Positions 28,516 through 40,226 of a stretch of 64,000 nucleotides of DNA are shown in pieces (position 1 is the stretch's first letter; each line of letters begins with the position of its first letter). The notes below the pieces were generated by a model that saw nothing but the letters and a program-made list of their open reading frames with translations, was not told the origin of the DNA and did no database searches. This DNA comes from Candidatus Latescibacterota bacterium (GTDB lineage Bacteria; Latescibacterota; UBA2968; GCA-2709665). The DNA is taken from the NCBI GenBank assembly GCA_963667175.2, contig CAXXXF010000003.1:352001-416000 (forward strand), given 5' to 3'. The translations under genes were made by a program, and so were the position numbers.

Positions 28516-29723
28516 TTCTTTCCCTTTACGTCGGAAAGATCGTACACCCGGAAGGCGCCCCAGTGCACGATCGACGTGGGCGCCTCCTGCGCCTCGATTC
28601 CGCGGCGCTTCTGCATCAGGCTTTGCCTCGCCCTCACGTCTCCCGGATGGAGCGTGATGGTATCGATGCCTTCATCCGGAAGGTTGGCAAAGGAGAATAC
28701 GTCTGATCCGCCGTGTGTCATCGGTTCGTCGTCGATCCGGAGCCGAACCGTACCGCGCCGGATGTCCCACTCGATCCTGAATCGGTAAACTCTCCCGTCC
28801 GCAACGTCCACGACCTGATCGAATTCGGTGATGCCCTCGGCGGTGCAGATGATTATCTTGCCTCTGAGCAACCCGAACTGGACGTTACCGTACTTGATGA
28901 TGCCCTGGTATTCTTCCAGGATGAGGCAGGATTCCAGATTGGTGTCGGCCGGCTTCATCTCGAATGCGACAGCGCCCGCTTTCAGCGGTGGGATGCGGAC
29001 TTTGACATAGCCGTACTTTGTGGCCGTCTCGAACCACCGGTAATCCACAGGACGCATCACGGTCTCGCAGACGTTGTCGTCCGGCATGCCGTCCGGCGGT
29101 GGAGCAACCGGCGCCCAGTGCAGCGGGAAGGTCTCCCGGAATGCCACGTCGCCGCCCTTACATTCGGCGTACTCCTTCAGCCGGATGAGACTGCCGGCTT
29201 CTACCGTCTCCGTGACCAGTTCGATCCTGCGAATTTCCTCAATGTCCGTCCCGATGCATCCGGAAACCTCGATCGGACTGTTTTTGTCCAGTGTAAACCA
29301 GAACTGCTTCAGCACAAAATCGAATCCGGAAAAGGTCAGGCAATGTTCGTCGGACGGAACAACGTAGGGTGCGCGGATGGCCCGATCGGCGTAAGGCTTT
29401 CCGTAGTGAAACGTCAGGGATTGGCGGGTGTCGTAAGTTCCCTTTTCCCCGGTCAGGCTGACCCGGCCGTCCGCGTCGATCCGGCATTCCACCGCAAATC
29501 GGTCATCGGCGCCGTAGAAGAGAATGCGATAGCATTTCCCGAGGGCGACCCGGAGTTTCAGCGTCACGGCATCCTCCGCGCGCCGGATGGGATTCTCGAT
29601 CCGCCGGGAGCAGCGCGCCCGGCCTCGCGAACCGTCGATCCTGAGGTAGCCGTCCTCTCCGAAACCGTAGGCGCCTCCCTCGCCACTGTCGTGCCAGCAG
29701 AAGTCCTGTGAGGCAATCAGCAT
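28494..29723 (-). CDS. Hypothetical protein (beta-rich, possibly two lectin-like domains)
   Basis: 409-aa ORF with host-like codon usage; no motif recognised. Confidence 0.55.
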   Translation of the reverse strand: MLIASQDFCWHDSGEGGAYGFGEDGYLRIDGSRGRARCSRRIENPIRRAEDAVTLKLRVALGKCYRILFYGADDRFAVECRIDADGRVSLTGEKGTYDTRQSLTFHYGKPYADRAIRAPYVVPSDEHCLTFSGFDFVLKQFWFTLDKNSPIEVSGCIGTDIEEIRRIELVTETVEAGSLIRLKEYAECKGGDVAFRETFPLHWAPVAPPPDGMPDDNVCETVMRPVDYRWFETATKYGYVKVRIPPLKAGAVAFEMKPADTNLESCLILEEYQGIIKYGNVQFGLLRGKIIICTAEGITEFDQVVDVADGRVYRFRIEWDIRRGTVRLRIDDEPMTHGGSDVFSFANLPDEGIDTITLHPGDVRARQSLMQKRRGIEAQEAPTSIVHWGAFRVYDLSDVKGKNSDQRSV

Positions 29724-29843
29724 GGATGCGTGCCCGGGAACGGTGGAAATTCGAGGTCGATCCTACCAGGCGAAAATAGGGCGCATGCGAAGGACGATCA
29801 AGAAGGAATATTCCGGCGCCGAGACAGAGTGAGGAGGGACGAC

Positions 29844-32525
29844 GTGAACACGGGCAGTCTGTTTTACCCCGCGGAGTTGATTGAAAAGGCAAAACGCAAT
29901 GCCGAGAACCACGCCTGGGCGAAGCGGTCGCGGGACCGGATCGTAGAGGCGGCGCAACCGTGGATGACGTTCTCTGACGATGAGCTGTGGGACCTGATGT
30001 TCGGAAGTACCATCCGCAGGTCCTGGATGGTCTGGTCCAACGGGCACTGTCCGGCCTGCAAGGAGGGCGTACCGATGTACAACTGGCGGATCGAGGCGTT
30101 GCGCGTTCCGTGGAAACTTCGATGCCCGCACTGCGGACAGCTGTTTCCAAAAAACGACTTCCACGCGTTCTACCGGTCGGGCCTGGATGAGCGCGGGGTG
30201 TTTCAGCACGGTCTCGCGGATCGTTCGCTGCTGTTCAATACCGAACATCCGGACCCGGACGACCCGCTGCACAGGTTCGGCGTGGACGACGGCGAGGGGT
30301 ACAGGGACGGAGAGAACACCTGGTGGTTTGTCGGGACCTACCTGGTCTACGGCCAATGGAAGCAGGTCGTACACGGTGGGATCAAGGGGCTCGCGGCGGC
30401 GTACGCGGCAACCGGCGATCCTGCGTACGCCCACAAGGCGGGGGTGCTGCTGGACCGCGTGGCCGATCTGTATCCCACGTTCGATTTCAAGGACCAGGCC
30501 ATGATGTACGAAGGACCGGCCCACGCGGGGTACGTTTCCACCTGGCACGACGCGTGCGAGGAAGCCCGGGAACTGGCGCAGGCCTACGACCAGGTTCGGG
30601 AAGCCCTGCGGGTCGACGAGGCGCTGGCTGGATTCTTGAGCGGGAAGGCTACCAAAACCGGTATCGACGCGAGCAAAGCGTCGCCCGGAGACGTGATCCG
30701 CCATATCGAGGAGGAAATCCTGCGGGACACGATCATGAACCACGAGCGCATCCGGTCCAACTATCCCCGCAAGGAAATCGCCCTGATTACGATACATTCG
30801 GTCCTGGACTGGGAGGGTAACCGCGAGAAGGTCTACGGGTTGATCGACGAGATGATGGAACGGGCGACCGCGGTAGACGGCGTGACGGGCGAAAAGGGCC
30901 TGGCCGGTTATTGTTCCGGCGTCATTCAGAGCCTGGCGCAGTTTCTCGCCAGGTTCAGCAGGGTCGATCCCGGATTCCTGGGCGACATGCTGGCCCGGCA
31001 CCCGAAGCTGAGGCAGACGTACCGGTTCCATATCGATACGTGGTGTCTGCAGCAATACTACCCGCAGGTGGGCGATACGGGCGCCTTTGCCGCGCAGGTC
31101 GAAAAATACGTGGGCGTCTCCTTTTCGGACGACCCCGGACTGGAACCGTCGATGTTCGCGTTCCTGTGGCGTCTGTACCGGGAAACGGGCGACGCTGCCT
31201 ATGTGCAGGCCTTGTTCCAGTCCAACGGGAATACCGTGGACGAGTTGCCGCGGGACCTGTTTGCGGACGATCCGACAGCCTTTCAGAATGACGTACGGGC
31301 GGTGATCGACGCTCGCGGAACGGAGATTGAACAGGCCAGTGTCAACAAGACAGAGTGGCGGCTGGCTGTGCTGCGGTCCGGCCTGGGCGACAACCGTCGC
31401 GCGGCGTGGCTGGACTACGATTCGGGAGGGCCGCACGGGCATGCGGATGGAATGAATCTGGGCCTGTTTGCGATGGGCCTGGACCTGATGCCGGATTTCG
31501 GATACCCTCCGGTACACTTCGGGGGCTGGTCCGGGCCGAAATTCCACTGGTACGTGAGCACTGCAGGTCACAATACGGTGGTTGTGGACGGCAAGGACCA
31601 GGAGCGACCTTCGGATGGAGACGCCGCGCTTTGGGCCGATGGCGAATGCTTCAGGGCAATCCGGGCCGACGGTTCCGCGCTGTACCGGATTCCCCGGTAC
31701 GAACGCACGGTGGCGATGGTGGATGTTTCGGAGCACAGCAGCTATCTTCTGGACGTGTTCAGGGTGGTGGGCGGGAGAGACCACGCGAAGTTCATGCACA
31801 GTCACTTCAGCGCTATTTCGACGCGCGGGCTCTCACTGGCGCCCACCGCGGATTTCGGATACGAAACGCAGATGCGGAATTTCCGGCGTGACGGACAGCC
31901 CGACGCCGGGTGGCACGCGGACTGGAAGGTCGAGGACCGGTACGGATATCTCGAGGAGGACCGCGACGTCCACCTGCGTTACACCGACCTGACGGAAGAA
32001 GCGGAAGCTTGTACGGCGGAGGCGTGGGTTGCGTTGCGGGGGTTCGGCGGCAACGAAACCGCATGGATTCCACGGGTGATGGTGCGGCGACAGTCTGACG
32101 CGGCGCCGCTGGCATCCACGTTTGTCGGGGTGATCGAAGCCTACGAGGGCGCACCCGCGATCACGGGCGTTCGCCGGCTCCCCATGGAAGGAGACGACGT
32201 GGGTGATCGGCAGGTGGCGGACGTGGGGGTGCAGGTCGACCTCTCCGATGGGCGTCGGGACGTGATTCTGGTCCGGGACGTGGAAAACGCGGAGCGTGAC
32301 GGCGAGGGAATGGTGCGGAGGGACTGGAGCGTCCGGACCGACAGCGAGTTGTGTATGGTACGCAGGGGCCCGCACGGTTCGGTATCGACCATTGCGATCT
32401 GTAACGGAAAGACCGTACGGGCAGGCGATACCGCCCTTGATTTCAATGAAAGAACGGATTACGCAGAGGTGGGGTTTGAATCCGGCGTTCCCGTGATTCT
32501 CGCGGGAGCCGAACACCTGGTGTAA
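29844..32525 (+). CDS. Heparinase II/III-family polysaccharide lyase-like protein with N-terminal CxxC pairs
   Basis: HGHADGMNLGLFA, DFGYP, WYVSTAGHNTVVVDG, YERTVAMV, LLDVFRV.GG; GAGGAGG RBS. Confidence 0.85.
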   Translation: MNTGSLFYPAELIEKAKRNAENHAWAKRSRDRIVEAAQPWMTFSDDELWDLMFGSTIRRSWMVWSNGHCPACKEGVPMYNWRIEALRVPWKLRCPHCGQLFPKNDFHAFYRSGLDERGVFQHGLADRSLLFNTEHPDPDDPLHRFGVDDGEGYRDGENTWWFVGTYLVYGQWKQVVHGGIKGLAAAYAATGDPAYAHKAGVLLDRVADLYPTFDFKDQAMMYEGPAHAGYVSTWHDACEEARELAQAYDQVREALRVDEALAGFLSGKATKTGIDASKASPGDVIRHIEEEILRDTIMNHERIRSNYPRKEIALITIHSVLDWEGNREKVYGLIDEMMERATAVDGVTGEKGLAGYCSGVIQSLAQFLARFSRVDPGFLGDMLARHPKLRQTYRFHIDTWCLQQYYPQVGDTGAFAAQVEKYVGVSFSDDPGLEPSMFAFLWRLYRETGDAAYVQALFQSNGNTVDELPRDLFADDPTAFQNDVRAVIDARGTEIEQASVNKTEWRLAVLRSGLGDNRRAAWLDYDSGGPHGHADGMNLGLFAMGLDLMPDFGYPPVHFGGWSGPKFHWYVSTAGHNTVVVDGKDQERPSDGDAALWADGECFRAIRADGSALYRIPRYERTVAMVDVSEHSSYLLDVFRVVGGRDHAKFMHSHFSAISTRGLSLAPTADFGYETQMRNFRRDGQPDAGWHADWKVEDRYGYLEEDRDVHLRYTDLTEEAEACTAEAWVALRGFGGNETAWIPRVMVRRQSDAAPLASTFVGVIEAYEGAPAITGVRRLPMEGDDVGDRQVADVGVQVDLSDGRRDVILVRDVENAERDGEGMVRRDWSVRTDSELCMVRRGPHGSVSTIAICNGKTVRAGDTALDFNERTDYAEVGFESGVPVILAGAEHLV

Positions 32526-32548
32526 CCCGTCAGAGGAGCAGTCAGGCT

Positions 32549-34474
32549 TTGGGTTCGGAACCGAAATACGACGTGGTAATCGGCAAGGACGTCATGGTGT
32601 CCATGCGGGACGGCGTCCGGCTGGCGACGGACGTGTACCGGCCCGCACGCGACGGTGAACCCGCGCCCGGCGGGTTTCCCGCGATTCTGGGTCGGACGTC
32701 GTACGACAAGAGCAGTCCCCGGATGTGGGTGGAGCCGGTTGGCATGTTCTTTGCAAGGAATGGGTACGTTTCGGTGATTCAGGACCTGCGGGGCAGGCAC
32801 CGGTCGGAGGGGACCGGGCAATACCACCATACGGCCAACCCCGGTGAGGGGGAGGACGGCTACGATACGGTGTCCTGGATTGGGGAACAGCCCTGGTCCA
32901 ACGGACGCGTGGGCACCGTGGGAAGCTCGCACGGTGCGATCGTCCAGGCCGTGATGGCGCTGTACCGCCCTCCGAATCTGAAAGCGATGTGGCAGGACGT
33001 GGGACCGACCAGCATGTACGCGCATTGCTCCCGCGAGGGAGGCGCGATGGCGCTCCACATGTTCGGCGCCCTGTTCCTGCACGGGCACGACGCCCAGGAG
33101 ATCAGGGACGACCCCGCCGCCGTGAGGGCGTTCGCAGACGCCATGGAGCGCATGAGGGAACTGGTCTACGCCACCCCGTTCAGGCCGGGGGACACGCCCC
33201 TGGCCGCGGTGCCCAATCTGGAAAAGATACTCTTCGACTACTATTATCGGGGCGAGTACGACGAGTTCTGGAAACAGGAGTGCTGCGACCAGGAACGGCA
33301 TTTCGAACGGCACGGCGATATCCCGTCCGTATTCAGCGGGGGCTGGTACGATCCGTTCGCGGGGGCGACCACCGGTTATTTCGCGGCAATGTCGAAACAG
33401 AATTCGGCGTCCCAGCGGCTGTTGATGGGCCCGTGGAACCACGGCGGCATACGAGGAGAGGGCGATTCGTTCGCCGGCGACGTGGATTTCGGACCCGACG
33501 CGGCCTGGGGCGACGACGTGTACAACCGGGAGCGGCTGCGGTGGTTCGACCGATGGTTGAAGGGTATTGCCAATGACGTGGATGACGATCCTCCCGTGCG
33601 AATCTTCGTCATGGGAGGAGGCGACGGGCGCCGCAACGCGGAGGGCCGTATGAACCATGGCGGTACCTGGCGTTCGGAGCGGGAGTGGCCGCTCGCGAGG
33701 ACGGTCCATACCCCGTATTATCTCCGCGACGGAGGCCATCTGAGCGTGGAAATTCCGGCGGAAGGGGAGATTCGGGCTGATTATCGGCACGACCCCGACA
33801 ATCCTGTGCCGACCATCGCCGGGAACGTGACCGGCTTTTACGAACTCGTGCCGCTCGGCGACGGGATGGTGGAGCGATACACGCCCCCGAGAGCGCGGAT
33901 GCGCAGCATTGTGCTGGACGGAGCCGCGCATCAACAGGAGGCGCCCGGGATCGTCGGCGCCGCGCCGCCGTATCCGCTCCTGGCGTCCCGGGACGACGTG
34001 CTGGTCTTTCAGACGGGTCCGCTGGCCGAGGACGTCGAGGTGACCGGCCCGATTACGGTGAATCTCTGGATCGCTTCCACCGCCGTGGATACGGACTTTA
34101 CCGCGAAGCTGATCGACGTCTATCCTCCCGGCGAAGACGATCCGGATGGCTATCAAATGAATCTGGTCGATTCCATTATCCGCGCACGCTATCGGAACGG
34201 GTGGGAGAAGCCCGAAATGATGGAGCCCGGCGAGGTGTACACCGTAAGGATCGATTTGCCGCCAACCAGCAATCTGTTCGTGCGCGGCCACCGGATCCGG
34301 GTGGATATCTCCAGCAGCAATTTTCCCCGATTCGACGTGAATCCGAATACCGGCGAACCCGTAGGACGGCATACCCATTCGGTTGTTGCGCGAAATACGG
34401 TTTACATGGACCTCGAGCGGCCTTCCCACGTTGTACTGCCGATCATTCCGTTGCCGAAGGCAAGCAGGAGCTGA
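32549..34474 (+). CDS. CocE/NonD-family hydrolase
   Basis: MRDGVRLATDVYRP, QDLRGR..SEG, QPWSNGRVGTVGSSHG, GGWYD, GPWNH, HRIRVDISSSNFPRFD. Confidence 0.93.
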   Translation: MGSEPKYDVVIGKDVMVSMRDGVRLATDVYRPARDGEPAPGGFPAILGRTSYDKSSPRMWVEPVGMFFARNGYVSVIQDLRGRHRSEGTGQYHHTANPGEGEDGYDTVSWIGEQPWSNGRVGTVGSSHGAIVQAVMALYRPPNLKAMWQDVGPTSMYAHCSREGGAMALHMFGALFLHGHDAQEIRDDPAAVRAFADAMERMRELVYATPFRPGDTPLAAVPNLEKILFDYYYRGEYDEFWKQECCDQERHFERHGDIPSVFSGGWYDPFAGATTGYFAAMSKQNSASQRLLMGPWNHGGIRGEGDSFAGDVDFGPDAAWGDDVYNRERLRWFDRWLKGIANDVDDDPPVRIFVMGGGDGRRNAEGRMNHGGTWRSEREWPLARTVHTPYYLRDGGHLSVEIPAEGEIRADYRHDPDNPVPTIAGNVTGFYELVPLGDGMVERYTPPRARMRSIVLDGAAHQQEAPGIVGAAPPYPLLASRDDVLVFQTGPLAEDVEVTGPITVNLWIASTAVDTDFTAKLIDVYPPGEDDPDGYQMNLVDSIIRARYRNGWEKPEMMEPGEVYTVRIDLPPTSNLFVRGHRIRVDISSSNFPRFDVNPNTGEPVGRHTHSVVARNTVYMDLERPSHVVLPIIPLPKASRS

Positions 34475-34514
34475 CCCGCGAGGGCTGAAGGTTTTTTCAT
34501 ACAGGAGGCGAAAG

Positions 34515-35309
34515 ATGGCCACGAGCGAACCAACGGTGCAGAAACTGTTCGACTTGAGCGGAAAGGTGGCGATGGTGACGGGTGGTACGGGGTTTCTGGG
34601 ATCGGCGTTTGCTAACGCGCTGGCCGAGGCGGGGGCGAGGATCGTCATCAGCAGCAGAGAGCGCAGCCGCGCCGAGGCAGCGGCCGCGAAGCTGCCTGGC
34701 GACGCTCACGTGGGCGTGCGGCTGGACCATATGGATGGGGGATCCATCGAAGCCGGTTTTGCCGATGCGGTGGAAGCAACAGGACAGATCGACGTTCTGG
34801 TCAACAATGGGAACGAGGGCGTGCTGAACGACTGGACCGACGTGACACACGAGCAGTTCGCGAAGCAACAGGGGAACGTGGCCGGATATTTCACACTCGC
34901 CCGGCTGGTGCGAAACGACGCCGTGGAACGCGGAGACCCCGCGAGCATTGTCATGCTCGGATCCATGTACGGACAGGTGGCGTCCTATCCGGATACCTAT
35001 GCGGGGGTGTGTCCCGCCAGCCCGGCGGCCTATCACGCGCTGAAAGGCGGGATCATCCACGTGACGCGACACCTCGCGGTCTACTGGGCGGCGGACCGCG
35101 TGAGGGTGAATTGTCTGAGCCCTGGGCCGTTTCCCAATATGACCAAAGCGCCCCGCGAAATGGTGGACCGCTTGTGCACGAAAAGCCCGATGGGACGCAT
35201 GGGGGAACCGCACGAGCTGAAGGGAGCGATCGTGTTTCTCGCGAGTGACGCCAGCAGCTACATGACCGGCCAGAATCTGACCATTGACGGCGGATGGACG
35301 GCGTGGTAG
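34515..35309 (+). CDS. SDR-family oxidoreductase
   Basis: VTGGTGFLG, VNNG, GSMYG, YHALKGG (YxxxK), RVNCLSPG, IDGGWTAW. Confidence 0.92.
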   Translation: MATSEPTVQKLFDLSGKVAMVTGGTGFLGSAFANALAEAGARIVISSRERSRAEAAAAKLPGDAHVGVRLDHMDGGSIEAGFADAVEATGQIDVLVNNGNEGVLNDWTDVTHEQFAKQQGNVAGYFTLARLVRNDAVERGDPASIVMLGSMYGQVASYPDTYAGVCPASPAAYHALKGGIIHVTRHLAVYWAADRVRVNCLSPGPFPNMTKAPREMVDRLCTKSPMGRMGEPHELKGAIVFLASDASSYMTGQNLTIDGGWTAW

Positions 35310-35366
35310 CGTCCTGTCCCGGAAACAAGATGCCTGAACTCGACCGTCGCGACTGGAGGATCTGAG

Positions 35367-36719
35367 ATGAATGAACGGAGCGGGACGACCGCCGAGCATT
35401 CGGTCGCCGCGTCGATGGCGGTTTACGAGCGGGCGCTGGAGGTGATTCCGGGCGTGACGCAGTTGCTCAGCCGCCGGCCCACGCAGGCGGCGCTGGGGGT
35501 GAGTCCGGTGTACGTCGCCAGGGCGAAGGGGTGCCGGATCCGGGACGTCGACGGCAACGAATACGTGGATTGGATGAGCGGGGTCGGGCCGATCATACTG
35601 GGCTATGCCGACGACGTCGTGGACGCGGCAGTGAAGGAACAGATCGAACGAGGCGGAATCTGCAGCATCGTCCACGAAAGCGCCGTGGAACTGGCCGAGG
35701 AACTGGTGCGGCTGATTCCGTCGGCGGAGATGGTTCGCTACGCGAAGGGCGGGGGCGAGGCGTGTACCGTAGCCGTCCGGATCGCCCGGGGAGTTACGGG
35801 ACGGGACCACGTGCTGTTCTGCGGTTATCACGGATGGCACGACTGGTACCTGGCGGCGAATCTGGGCGAGGAACGGCTCGACGGTCACCTCCGGCCGGGA
35901 ATCGAGCCGATCGGTGTGCCGCGTGTGCTCGAGGGCACGGCAATCCCGTTCGAATACGGCGATCTGCAAATGCTCGAGGACCGTCTGAAGGCGAACCGGA
36001 ACGAAGTGGCGTGCATCATGATGGAGCCGATGCGCACGGAGTTGCCGCCTCCAGGATACCTGGAAGGCGTGCGCGAGCTGGCAACGAAGTATGGCGTGGT
36101 CCTGATTTTTGACGAGGTCTCGTGCGGATTCCGGATCGCGCTGGGCGGGGTACAGGAGTATACGGGCGTGGTTCCGGACCTGTCCGTGTTCGCGAAGGCG
36201 ATCTCAAACGGGTATCCGATGGCAGCCGTGGTCGGCCGGCGGGAGGTGATGGAGCCGGTTTCCAGGATGTTCATTTCGAGCGCCTACTGGGACGACCCGA
36301 TCGGAACCGTGGCCGCGTTGACGACGCTGAGAGAACTTGAGCGGCGGGACGCGGTGGCCCACTTCGAACGGATTGGGGCGTCCTTCAAGGAGCGGATCAA
36401 CCGGGCGGCGAGAGAGACTGGCGTAGACGCCGAATGCGTCGGCGTTGCCGCCCACCCGGGAATCCGGTTTCACGTTGAAGATCCGGAGACCGCCCGGAAG
36501 GTGACGACGCTGTTCATCCAGGAAAACGCGAAACGGGGACTGATCCTGTCGACGGGTTTCTTCTTCAATGCCGCACACGACGACGCGGCGCTGGAACAGA
36601 CGGAGGCGGTGGTTCGGGAGAGTTTCGCGCTGATCAGAGACGGGTTGGAGAATCGGCGGCTGGATGCGCTGCTGCAGTGCGAGACGCGGGAGGATCTCTT
36701 CAGGCGCCTGGTGAGATGA
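35367..36719 (+). CDS. Class III aminotransferase (GSA-aminomutase-like)
   Basis: DVDGNEYVD, FCGYHGWHDW, LIFDEV.CGFR, PDLSVFAKAISNGYP. Confidence 0.9.
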   Translation: MNERSGTTAEHSVAASMAVYERALEVIPGVTQLLSRRPTQAALGVSPVYVARAKGCRIRDVDGNEYVDWMSGVGPIILGYADDVVDAAVKEQIERGGICSIVHESAVELAEELVRLIPSAEMVRYAKGGGEACTVAVRIARGVTGRDHVLFCGYHGWHDWYLAANLGEERLDGHLRPGIEPIGVPRVLEGTAIPFEYGDLQMLEDRLKANRNEVACIMMEPMRTELPPPGYLEGVRELATKYGVVLIFDEVSCGFRIALGGVQEYTGVVPDLSVFAKAISNGYPMAAVVGRREVMEPVSRMFISSAYWDDPIGTVAALTTLRELERRDAVAHFERIGASFKERINRAARETGVDAECVGVAAHPGIRFHVEDPETARKVTTLFIQENAKRGLILSTGFFFNAAHDDAALEQTEAVVRESFALIRDGLENRRLDALLQCETREDLFRRLVR

Positions 36720-36777
36720 CGGCTGAATGAACGTCCGGCTGATGCGCCGGGATGGCGTGCGCATGGACGAATTCCGG

Positions 36778-38292
<1,515 letters not shown>

Positions 38293-38661
38293 TCAAACCG
38301 GGCCGAATATACACAGAAACAGGAGTTGCGTAAAGGGTAAATTTCGTCAGAAAATGGGTCTGCACCAGTGTCGCTTTGGTGGCTATCCAGGGTACACGTG
38401 AAGCGGACCTCGGCCGTCGTCGGGATACGCGAGTTATACGACTTGATCGAACGGGAATTGGTCTTTGACGTGAGGTTAGCGTGTGTCGTGGAAGATGATG
38501 TCGAATCCTTTGAAGGTTTCTGGCTCGGCCTTTGAGACTCCAACCGTATAACGTATTGTTGCGGACCTCGGTTCGGTGTTAGGATCGATGTTCCCTTGGA
38601 TAATATTTCGTTTTGGTGTATAACCCCGGTTACAGCGGGCATGCATAATATACAACTAAAA

Positions 38662-38728
38662 AATAGCTATTAAAAGATTAATATAAATATATTTTTTATT
38701 TGACAAATAGCTACTTTTTGGTTATTGT
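38662..38728 (+). promoter_or_regulatory. Promoter with two palindromic operator-like boxes
   Basis: TTGACA(38700)-17 nt-TATTGT; AATAGCTATT at 38662-38671 and AATAGCTACT at 38706-38715. Confidence 0.55.
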
Positions 38729-38768
38729 TTTCTGCATAATCTCCAGACGATCAAAGGGGGACGAATTG

Positions 38769-38981
38769 ATGGGCGCCAAGAGGACGATGACACTTAACCT
38801 CACAGTTGCAGAGATGGATGTGCTGGAAGAACTGAGCGCAAAGAAAGAGCTAAGCAAGACTGCCCTTTTGCGTCAGGCATTGCGGATATATCAATTGATC
38901 GAGGTAAGGCTTGAAAGTGGCGCCAAACTGTTCTTCGAGGATGAGAAGACCGAGAAAAAGGCCGAGGTCATGCTGCTGTGA
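38769..38981 (+). CDS. Ribbon-helix-helix (CopG-like) protein
   Basis: KRTMTLNL..EMDVLEELSAKKELSKTALLRQAL; GTGA overlap with the next gene. Confidence 0.8.
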   Translation: MGAKRTMTLNLTVAEMDVLEELSAKKELSKTALLRQALRIYQLIEVRLESGAKLFFEDEKTEKKAEVMLL

Positions 38982-39613
38982 CCGCGTCGATTTCGGTAGT
39001 CCATCTCTTCAACGTGGCCCGCGGCGAATCGGAAGCTGCCGAACTGTCCGATGCCATCACGGAGCGGCACCTCGCTGATTGGGAAGGCGAGTGGATGCCC
39101 GCCTTGTTCAACGCGGTACGGCGCCTCAAGCGTAAGGGGGTCCCGACGCGGGAATGGCCGCAGAGCAGCCATTGGAATTGGCGCAGAAAAGTTAATGCGC
39201 TACATGGGATTCTGGCCAGTCCGGGTTTCAGCATCGTCTGCAATGGCATGACTCAGGGTCTGATGATGGTTGACACGGCGACGCACAGATGTCGAGTCGA
39301 TAGCCAGAATGGTAAGCACCTCGTGTACATTGAGTACGTCGAAAACGCACCCTGGAATCGCCCGGAGTTATTCGATCCGCCGCGATTCCGCGGTGTTGGA
39401 AGCATTCTAATCAGGGCTGCCGTCGCACTGAGCGAGGAGTTGGAGTTTCGGGGACGAATCGGCCTCCATTCGCTGCCTCAGGCAGATAGCTTTTATGCCA
39501 ATACCTGTGGCATGACCGATCTAGGGGCCGATCTCGACTACGAGGGTTTGCGCTACTTCGAGATGACACCCAAACAGGCGCGGGCTTTCGTTACGTGGGG
39601 GAGATTGCCATGA
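38978..39613 (+). CDS. GNAT-fold acetyltransferase
   Basis: LVYIEYVENAPWNR, FRGVGSILI, GRIGLHSLPQADSFY. Confidence 0.8.
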   Translation: MTASISVVHLFNVARGESEAAELSDAITERHLADWEGEWMPALFNAVRRLKRKGVPTREWPQSSHWNWRRKVNALHGILASPGFSIVCNGMTQGLMMVDTATHRCRVDSQNGKHLVYIEYVENAPWNRPELFDPPRFRGVGSILIRAAVALSEELEFRGRIGLHSLPQADSFYANTCGMTDLGADLDYEGLRYFEMTPKQARAFVTWGRLP

Positions 39614-40092
39614 AGTTGAGAATCAGTAAGGCGTGGTGCACTCGGATGGCAGAACTGGAGGGAGACACCGAAATCGGAGCCGGTCGCCTGGCAATCGATC
39701 CGCCTTTTGACGGTGAAACTATCCCGGTCGTCGACAGATTCGACGAACCCAATATCGCCTTCGGTCGTTTAAACAACCTCATGCGCCGCCGCCGAGGCTT
39801 GAGCATTGAGGGGCTTGCCATGGCGGCGAACGTGACTGTAACGGAGCTGGTCGAGATCGAAAACGACGTTCGCTATAATCCGTCGTTGCAGACGATCGAT
39901 AAACTGGCCAGCTACTTCAATTTGCCTCGGTCTGGTCTAATGCAGATGGCAGGACTGACAGCTTCGAAGGATGCAAGCCTGTCTGAACGGGCAGTTCGCT
40001 ATGTCGCGCGTACGGAGTCGACTGCGGAACTGACGCCTGAAGAGAACGCGGCGTTGGAAGGGTTCATGGCTGTTCTCAGCGAGCAGAAATAG
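39610..40092 (+). CDS. XRE-family HTH regulator
   Basis: FGRL..LMRRRRGLSIEGLA..ANV....LVEIEN...PSLQTIDKLA; ATGA overlap. Confidence 0.82.
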   Translation: MKLRISKAWCTRMAELEGDTEIGAGRLAIDPPFDGETIPVVDRFDEPNIAFGRLNNLMRRRRGLSIEGLAMAANVTVTELVEIENDVRYNPSLQTIDKLASYFNLPRSGLMQMAGLTASKDASLSERAVRYVARTESTAELTPEENAALEGFMAVLSEQK

Positions 40093-40226
40093 CTGAAACG
40101 CATTGTCGTTGCACGACGTTGACCCGGGGTATCGAGCTCTTCGCCGAAATTCACCTCAACGTTGCTTTCTCGGACTCACTCAAAGAATCCCTTTGCAGAT
40201 GTGGTGTTCCGTCGTTGATAATCCTT

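Noticed and set aside
29763-34648. Long minus-strand ORFs of 680 and 729 aa
   Set aside because: GC-rich antisense shadows of the lyase and CocE genes
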